64,000 nucleotides of DNA, taken from NCBI RefSeq assembly GCF_018350175.1, contig NC_058368.1, positions 142,788,001 through 142,852,000 of the forward strand, in the 5' to 3' direction. Below, piece after piece: positions 54,541-64,000 of this stretch (the first letter of the stretch is position 1; every line of letters begins with the position of its first letter). The DNA is from Felis catus. Lineage: Eukaryota. The notes under the pieces were generated by a model. It was not told the DNA's origin, searched no databases, and worked only from the letters and a program-made list of their open reading frames with translations. A program made the position numbers and the translations under genes.

Positions 54541-55430
54541 CAAAACATTTATTTGGAAGACAGGCTGCCAGCAGGAGGGAAGAACAGAAAGGAAGGTTCT
54601 CAGGTGGCCGTCAGCCCTCCTGAGATCAGGAGCTCTTCCATGCAAGCCCAAATGTGCAGAGCCAACTCAACAAAACAAAAGCCCTCAGCTAGCTGGCCCA
54701 ACTTCTCTGCAAGGCAGTTTAATGATCATTCTTGGTCACATGGGCATATGTGTATTGAGGAGTAGGGGAGAACTTCAGTCCCTATCCCAAGTAGCTTATC
54801 AAAGTATAATTCTAGGAAGTACAATTTCCTCCATTTCTTTATATCCCCTATAATATTTCAGTGCCCCAATGACATTTTAGTATTTTCTATAGATTGTTTT
54901 GTTTACCTCCTTAGGTAACCTCCATCTTTAATTTAGCTCTGTAGAAATGTTTCAATGAAAACAAAACGGGTCCACCTCCCTTACAGAAACTATGGTTCCT
55001 CCCGCTTTCGCATAGGGCTTTTCTACATTTATTTATGGAGTAGGGGAGGGCATCAGTTTGCAGGAGCAACCTATCCTGCTCTGTGACAGACTCTGACGCT
55101 TTCATTCTTAGTAGGCCGGATATCCTGTCTCTGCTACCTGCCATGTTTCCAACCGTCAAAGCACAATATCAGCTATATCCAAATCTGGAAACTAGACCAG
55201 GCAGGTGAGAGAGCGAGGAAAAAGTGGGGAGGAAGGAGGTTGGTGCGGGCAGGTGAAAAATTACCGGGAAGCGGAAGATATGTTTCTTCAGCTTCTCCAT
55301 CACCAACTGCCTCTTCTCTCTTTCCTTACTTCCTGCTGTGATCGGTGATAAGGGACAGGAGAACAGAGCTGACCTCAAACCCCTCACCTCCAGCGTCCCA
55401 GGTATCCAGTAGTCTAATGTTACGGTGTCA

Positions 55431-55763
<333 letters not shown>

Positions 55764-57418
55764 TTAAAGAAAAAAAAGTCATTTTAAAACGCTACCACAT
55801 ACGTAAACATACTACACCTGACACGGATATGGCAATTTATTTTCAGATAAACTATCGAGAAGACTTCAGTACTCATGGAAAGTCTAAAGAATGTGATAAC
55901 AACTTTAAATTTTTTGTCATTACAAAACTGAACTTGGGGGAAGAGAGTATTTTACCTGCCCCAGCGTTTTGAAGACACCTATAATCTAATAGATACATAC
56001 TTGTTTTTCAGGAGTTTGTAATTCCTGAAAAAATATTTTGTCTATAAGCAGAGGCAGGCAGGAAAACACATTTATTTGAAAGACAAACCAAACAACCCAA
56101 ATATATAAAATGTACAAATATTGATAAGAAAGACAGTAATAGACTGACCCTACTCCTGAAACAGAAATGATCAAACAATAGAGGGGCCTGTGTTGATCGG
56201 TATAATAATTGTGCACAAGAAAGCCTTCCAAGGCAATCCCTCTATCCCTCAGACCCTCCTCTCCCCACATTACTGATGCCTAAGATTCTGCAAATACAGA
56301 ATTGTTGTGTTAACTCAAATTTTGAAAATGTATATACTTTGGGAGAGATAGCACAGTAAGTTTTATCTGTTATTGTAAACGCTTGGCTAGAATACCTCTG
56401 TAAGATCCTTTCTTGCAACGGGCATGAAGGAACGATGAGTCCGGTAAGTGGGAGTACCTCTATGAGAATGTATCTCAGTTCACAATGTGTACTGAGACTG
56501 TCTTACCGGTGGGGATGAATGTTATTTTTACCTTTGCAAAAGAAAAAACCAGATTGTGGCTGAAAGGACCCTTGATTCTCCCCCAGCTGACTCTTCAGTA
56601 CACAGATGTGGAGCTAAAGTCCAGAGAAGGAAAGAGACATGCCCAATGTCACACTGGGAGACCTTGGAATCATCATACCTTATTGGTTTTCTTCCTATGG
56701 GAAGATTTTGTTTTAAAAATCCAAGACACCTTCACTTGCATAAAGGTATTTTAGAATCTAGAATGATTATTTGGCAGGGACATGGTGTTGCCTGACCCAT
56801 CAGCAGATTATTTGGGGGAAGGAGGTTCTATTTGCTTCTTTGCTTCAGAATAATTTTGAGTAATCGTTCAAATGATTAGAGAATCTTATTCAAGTTATTT
56901 CTTTAGAGGTTGTACTCAATTTTTTAACCATTTCTGTTTCTGCTTTTTTTAGGAATCTAATAAAGAGTTCTGAAGCCTATGTGAGGTTCAGAGCTAAATA
57001 CAGGATCATCGATTATGAATCAGTCTGGGAACCCAGACTATGTACCCTATGTGTCAAAATTTATTTCTACTGGGGTGCCTGGGTGGCTCAGTCGGTTAAG
57101 CACCGAACTTCAGCTTGGGTCATGATCTCACAGTTTGTGGGTTCGAGCTCTGCATCAGGCTCTGTGCTGATGGCTCAGAGCCTGGAGACTGCTTCGGGTT
57201 CTCTGTCTCCCTCTCTCTCTCTGCCCGTCCCCAACTTGCACTCTGTCTCTCTCTCTCTCAAAAATAAACATTAAAAAAATTTTTTTTAATTATTTCTATT
57301 TTACTATCTAAACGTCATCCTTGGGCTTTGTTGTTTTGCTTTGGCCTAATGGCTAAACTGGCCATAAGTGTTTGTTTGTTTAATATTTATTTATTTTTGA
57401 GAGAGAGAGATAGAGAGG

Positions 57419-57471
<53 letters not shown>

Positions 57472-58971
57472 CAAGGTGGGGGGGAGGGGCAGAGAGGGAG
57501 GGAGACACAGAATCTGAAGCAGGCTCCAGGCTCTGAGCTGTCAGCACAGGGCCTGACGTGGGGCTCAAACTCATGAGCTGTGAGATCATGACCTGAGCTA
57601 AAGTCAGATGCGTAACTGACTGAACCACCCAGGTCCCCTGGCCATACTTCTTTAATAGCCCCCTAACTGGATGTCTATTTGCAAACCAAAAATCTCACTT
57701 GTGGGCATTAGAGCCTCTTGTTGGTCTTTTAATAATTTAAGGATTTAATTTATTTTTGTTAGTAGGAAGAAGTGAATTTTCAATGGAAGAACTTTGTAAG
57801 AAAATATAGGAAAGCCATAAATGCTACTTATATGCACCACAGCAGATTTAAAATATAAAAAGCCAAAATATTTAGCCTAGCAATTCAAACCACTCCAATA
57901 TCCTCAATACACTTATTTCAATTAAAAGCATAAATTGAAGAAAATAAATTCTTTCCTATTCAAACATATTTATGAATTTCTGAGTCTAATTGCTTGCTTA
58001 TTAATGCACTTGATCATTAAAATACAGTGGGAACATATGCGTAAGTATTATAGAACTATATGATTTTACACTCCAAAACAAGCCCAATGCTGTTTTACCC
58101 TATGGTGGTGGTGTTTGTTGGCATTTTCTTCCTCTTTCTGTCAAGCAAGTTAACCTAACTCTGGTGTGGTTGTAATTCAACTCTCGCTACATCACCCACC
58201 CACCAAGTTCAAAGGTAAGAGAGACAAATATGGAAGAATCACTAAAATCTACCATTATGACCTGAGAAACAACAGAAGGGTCAATAAAAATAGTTATTGG
58301 AAATGGCTTCTGTTTTTTTTTTTTATGCAATGATTAATAGAAATAGAGTTAAAATGAAGACTGAAGGTTCATAGACAAGTTTACTTGTACAAGGTGGTTT
58401 ATACGGTGACAGTGATGGTTTGTTTATACAGTGGCATTCTCTGATGCAGAGTGTCAGGCAAAATTAAGCAATTCTCTTTTGGCCGAACACTGGGATTCAC
58501 ATTGGCATGATCCAATCATATTTCTGATTTACCATATTAAGAAAAGTCTTAAGTAAAGTTTATAAAGTTATCTCAGGCTTAATGAGTCAAGTAGAAAAGG
58601 AGTCAAGAGAAACATTCTTCACCAGGCAGAGAAAAAACTTACATGATAATAAAATATCTTCTCATGCCCCTGAGCAGTTTCAGGTACCAAAGGCAAGTTA
58701 GACTATTTTATCCCAAGAGGTCACAAGTGTCCAAAACTAGTTTTCAGCTCTGCTTGCTCAAGAATAAGGTTACTACAGGGTGCCTGGGTGGCTCAGCCAG
58801 TTAGGCTTCCGACTTGGCTCCGATCATGATCTCGTGGTTCCTGGGTTCAAGCCTCACGTCGGGCTCTGAGCGTCAGGCTCTGTGCCTGACAGATTTGACA
58901 GCTCAGAGCCTGGAGCCTGCTTCAGATTCTGTGTCTCCCCTCTCTCTCGGCCCTCCCCTGCTTGTGCTCTG

Positions 58972-59017
<46 letters not shown>

Positions 59018-62000
59018 AAAAATAAATAGACATTAAAAAACAAAGTTAAAAAAAATGCAAAAGAGGGGCGCCTGGGTGGCTCGGTCGGTTAAGCCTCCGA
59101 CTTCGGCTCAGGTCATGATCTCACGGCCCGTGGGTTCGAGCCCTGCGTCGGGCTCTGTGCTGACAGCTCAGAGCCTGGAGCCTGTTTCAGATTCTGTGTC
59201 TCCCTCTCTCTCTGCCCCTCCCCCATTCATGCTCTGTCTCTCTCTGTCTCAAAAATAAATAAACATTAAAAAAAAATGTAAAAGAATAAAGTTACTACGT
59301 TCTCTCTCCTCTAGGAACATCTATGTAATAGTGTTTCTCTAAAGATGTTTTGCAGACCATCTGGAACAGACACTACAGTACCTGGAGTACTTGCTTAAAA
59401 TAGAGCTTCTGAGTCCCCACCCAGATCACTTAAATTAGAATCTTTTGAAATCTGGGAAACTTTCCACAGCAATTCATACGTACATCAGTTTGAGAACCAA
59501 ATATACCAACAGAATGAATGCTGTGTGACAATGGAACAAGTGAAAGGAGGTGGGTAAGGTTAAAAGCCTGTGCCCAGAAGTTATAGCAAACTGATGCTAG
59601 TGTTCACGGGATGGGGTGGTGGGAGGGGCAGATAAGCTTTCAAGGAAACAATTATAATCATAATTATTAGACTTATTTTTTCTAGTGCTTACTGTGTGGT
59701 ACTGGTTCTGTTCAGGGTACTTTACATTATTAGCTACTTACCAGTCATAACAGCTTTCTGAGATGAGAACTATTCTCTCCGTTTTACAAATGAGTAATTT
59801 GCCCAGGTCACATGGCTGGCAATACGTGTGTCTCTGGGCCAGAGAGCCCCATAGACCTGGACAATGCTGGAAACACATCAGCAAACGGACACATTTTTTT
59901 TTTTTTAATTTTAAAAAAAAATTTTTTTAATGTTTATTTATTTTTGATAGAGAGACAGAGCACAAGCGAGAGAGGGGCAGGGAGAGAGGGACACACAGAA
60001 TCCGAAGCAGGCTCCAGGCTCCGAGCCATCAGCAAAGAGCCTGATGCGGGGCTCGAACTTGTCGACTGCGAGATCATGACCTGAGCCAAAGTCCGACGCT
60101 TAACCAACTAAGCCACCCAGGCACCCCAAACGGACACATTTTTACTTCATGAATATACTAAAGACTCAGCTGCCTTCTGTTACGACTTCACATAAAGAAA
60201 CTTCTAGCAGGTTATGGTACAGTTGAGTACCATAATGGTGGTGTTTACGTCTTTTATATTTCGGTCACATTTCCAAGTCTATATCCTGGTTGCTTTAATT
60301 AGATTTCAGAGCTAGCCTGAAGGCCTTGCCTGAATTTGTGAGGCATCCTTGTCTCGCTAAGTAACTCTGGGATACATCTGTCAGCCACGCATTCTCAAAT
60401 CACGTTAACACAATGCTTTCTGCAGATGCTTTATTCATAAAACTGATCTCTGTTAATTTCAGTTCTAGAAGCGAGCATACCCAAACCTTTGCCCTCAGTT
60501 ACTGAGTCTTACCTTCTATACTGCAAATAAGGTGTTTTTTTTTTTTAAGCAGACTTAGAAATAATTAAACACATACTTCTCCACACCTTCCATGGACTAC
60601 AAATATGCAATCAGTTAGATTTTCTCCAGTAACTTTTACCCAGTGGAAGAGAAGAGATCGAGGAAGAAAAGAAAAAAGAAAAAAAAAAAAAAACAAGATT
60701 ATGGGCCAGAGATACGACCTGCATGAGATGAAGAATTGAACATTGAGACAGCACAGTTCTTCACACAATTTTCAAGAAGGAGCTGCTTGGCTTACCAAAA
60801 ACTGAGGATGCGAGAGGGAGTAGATGTGGCCGGGTAAAACGCCTCCGGAAGAAAGAACAAAGAAGGGCATCCTGGAGAACAATCCAGGCTGGAGAAAATT
60901 AGGTCCCATGGAGCGGTAAATGCAGGGCCACACTGTCAACCTAATTCCAGGGATTTTTTTCCCAGGCCGGCACCAGAAAAGCTGTACTCCAGGACCTCCT
61001 GCCACAGCCCTCCCCCACCCAACCACACAAGATTTCACAGTTGCATAGAAAACTTCACCTGGTAACCACTGCCCTGGGTTTAGGTCAGGTGTCTTTGAGA
61101 ATTATTCTATCTTTATCTTCAGTGATTCCTTATTCCTCACAGTTTATGGTTTAGAAAAAATTTATTACAGGAGTGCCTGGGTGGCTCAGTCTGTTAAGCA
61201 TCTGACTTCGGCTCAGGTCATGATCTCGTGGTCTGTGAGTTCGAGCCCCACATCAGGCTCTGTGCTGACAGCTCAGAGCTTGGAGCCTGCTTCAGATTCT
61301 GTGTCTCCTTCTCTCTCTGCCCCTCCCCAGCTCGCATTCTCTCTCTCTCTCTCAAAAATAAATAAACATTAAAAAAAAAAAAAGAAAAATGTATTACAGT
61401 GGCAATGAATTATGTAAATAAAAGCTTACCATCTTAGGAAAACATCAAAAAATATGTTAAATTAAGTTCTTCTACATTATTTCTCAAAATATCAGTTGGG
61501 AGCGTGTGGCTGCCTGAAGCACTGTGTTGAGAGACATGGGAGAACACGCCCAAGCCCATCTGAAATAAGTGCAGTGATCAATTAGTGATGTCTGGTATGG
61601 AGGTCAGAGTGTGTTTGTTTCATCTATTTCGTTTGCTATCACTATAAAAACAGTTCAACGGATTTAGACAATAATTTTGTGAGACCATAAAGTTACAAGA
61701 TTACAAGCAATCCTTGCTACATGCAGAAGAAAATATGAATGATTTCATTGCCTTAGATCTTCTCACAAAATTTAGATCAGTGGTGCCCAAGGATGGTGAT
61801 GGGTTACCAGATAGGGATTGGGGTAGGGTGGGGTGGGAGGCAAAGCTCAAAAACAAAGCAATGTTTTGTTCCTTTGCTTTTACTGTGTAGGCAAGTCCTT
61901 TTACATTATTTTGAATTTCAAATAATATTAAAGAAAGCATAAGATTTTTATGCTTTTCAAATGGAGGACATGGATTAGAAAAATTCAAAAATAGTAACTT

Positions 62001-62650
62001 AAACTCTTAAATATAATTTGATCTGGTAAATAATAAAGATTGGTTTCATTTTATAATTTAAGTAATGACTCCAAGAGCAGACCACAAGAAAATCAGTTAC
62101 TGGCTCTTGCTTACTTTGGGTTTTAAATTAACCACTATGAACTACAGGTAAATACAAATTATTAGTCCAGTTCAGACTGCATAAGCATTTTCCTTTGCAC
62201 AAGAGCTTACCTTTGTATGTCTGATAATTGAAAATGACTTCACAGGTAAATGACCTGTTGGAAAGTGTATTAACTCAGGAATCAAAAGACTCAGGTCCAA
62301 AACCTGGCCCCAACATAACTCTGCTGCTTTGCCAAGTAACATGACATTTCTGGAACTTGGTCTCCACAGTGGAAAAATGGGTGGGTTGTGAGATTAACTC
62401 AAATATCCCTTTTGACTTCACTAATCTGAGTCCAAATTGTAACAGAACAATGTAAAAAATCAAGGTTATGAAATAGATTTAATAATGTTCTGAAAGGAAA
62501 AGAGTTAAAACGTTTTTTGACTGAAGTCAGTGAATCAGAAAAGGATGAGAGAGCACACAAATGATCAGATCTGCTCCCAAAAGTAAACTGAGAACAAAAG
62601 GATGCTCACAAATTTGAATACTAGACTTTGGCTATTAGAATAAAGAATGA

Positions 62651-62880
62651 GGGGCGCCTGGGTGGTGCAGTCGGTTAAGCGTCCGACTTCAGCCAGGTCA
62701 CGATCTCGCGGTCCGTGAGTTCGAGCCCCGCGTCGGGCTCTGGGCTGATGGCTCAGAGCCTGGAGCCTGTTTCCGATTCTGTGTCTCCCTCTCTCTCTCT
62801 GCCCCTCCCCCGTTCATGCTCTGTCTCTCTCTGTCCCAAAAATAAATAAACGTTAAAAAAAAAAGTAAAAAAAAAAAAAG
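62651..62880 (+). mobile_element. Young SINEC_Fc
   Basis: Near-consensus and CpG-rich; TSD TAGAATAAAGAATGA. Confidence 0.93.
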
Positions 62881-63181
62881 TAGAATAAAGAATGAGTGAA
62901 CATAGAAAAAGCAGCATCATTAGCAAAAAATGATCTGGAGCAGAAGAAAACAGAGAATGGAGAAGAACACCAACTTTCTATGGGTAACCAAGGACAGGGT
63001 GGCATCTCATACACCAAAAGCAAAGTGATGGAGGGAGGGCTTTGTAGCTTAGAAACAGACAAAATGTTCACCTTGGGAATGTTACAGTGTTCCCTAACAA
63101 TGTACATAATGTAAAATATTAGATATTACTCTATGGCCAAATATCTTATTTCTTTGCCACTTGAAAAAAACCTACTAATTA

Positions 63182-63418
<237 letters not shown>

Positions 63419-63589
63419 CTAAATCGATCATAAAAGAGTCAATATTTAAACAAATACATATCCATTATTCTGTGTAAAACTGGACTGTAAAAGTGTATCA
63501 TGGCATCAGATTGATCAATCTGTACTTCTTTTCCCTTTATCAAATCTCAAACTAGGGCAGGATTCACACTGAATGTCAAGTAGACAGGC

Positions 63590-64000
63590 TACTTAATAGA
63601 GGTTTGCAATTGTCTCCAATATCCATTCTCGCCCCCAACCCTCATGGCAATGTAAACTGAATGTTTATGTAGACACATGGCCACTAAGAACAGTTTCCAA
63701 TAGTTGGCAGTTATTAGTTCCAACTGGTAGCTAAAAGTATTACTAAGTTTTGGTCAGTGAAATATAAATGAAAGCATCATGTGGCAGCTTTCATGAATTT
63801 TTTTTTTTTTTTAAAGCCACTGGCATATGCCCTTTGTCCTTTCTTCTTTGGCCTTCCTCAATCCCATTGTCTGGAATGCAGACATGACAGCTGGAGCTCT
63901 AGCTGCCATCTTCGAATAAGAACACAAGAGTCACACCCTAGGAATAACAGCAATGATCTAGAAGGTGACTGGGTTCCTGAAGTCTTTGTGGAAAATAGCC
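63590..64000. mobile_element. Old MLT1-type LTR remnant
   Basis: tctggaatgcagacatgacagctggagctctagctgccatctt resembles old MLT1 subfamilies. Confidence 0.5.

Noticed and set aside
56428..56525. Hammerhead-ribozyme-like pattern (CGATGA-GTCC...GGAT-GAAT)
   Set aside because: The core is not CUGAUGA/GAAA, and I could not form stems I and III or an NUH cleavage site
60770..61080. GC-richer unique patch with a minus-strand GGTAAGC donor-like site, as a cryptic exon
   Set aside because: No convincing acceptor or coding similarity, and exons 5 and 6 already join in frame

Overview
Mammalian genomic DNA, almost certainly from a cat or other felid, because it is dense with tRNA-derived CanSINEs that include the felid SINEC_Fc type. 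The only intact gene is the 3' part of DMGDH (mitochondrial dimethylglycine dehydrogenase) on the minus strand. Twelve coding exons are present, equivalent to human exons 5-16. All have GT-AG boundaries and compatible phases and splice to 2061 nt (686 aa plus TGA at 9388-9390), followed by an AATAAA signal at 9219-9224. The introns and 3' flank contain roughly 55-60 CanSINEs, fragmented L1s, MER5A, MIR/L2-like relics, an MLT1 LTR, two ERV1-type solo LTRs with intact target-site duplications (TSDs), a MER21-type LTR nested in an L1, and a 5'-truncated RPL23A processed pseudogene. I found no convincing evidence of a previously undescribed biological system. The observations most worth checking are two co-oriented CTCF motifs, a target site used twice by retrotransposition, SINEs inserted right next to splice sites, inverted young SINE pairs that could drive dsRNA, editing or back-splicing, and a small CpG/GC-box patch with a possible alternative last exon. 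Repeat family names come from recall of consensus sequences, not from a database search.
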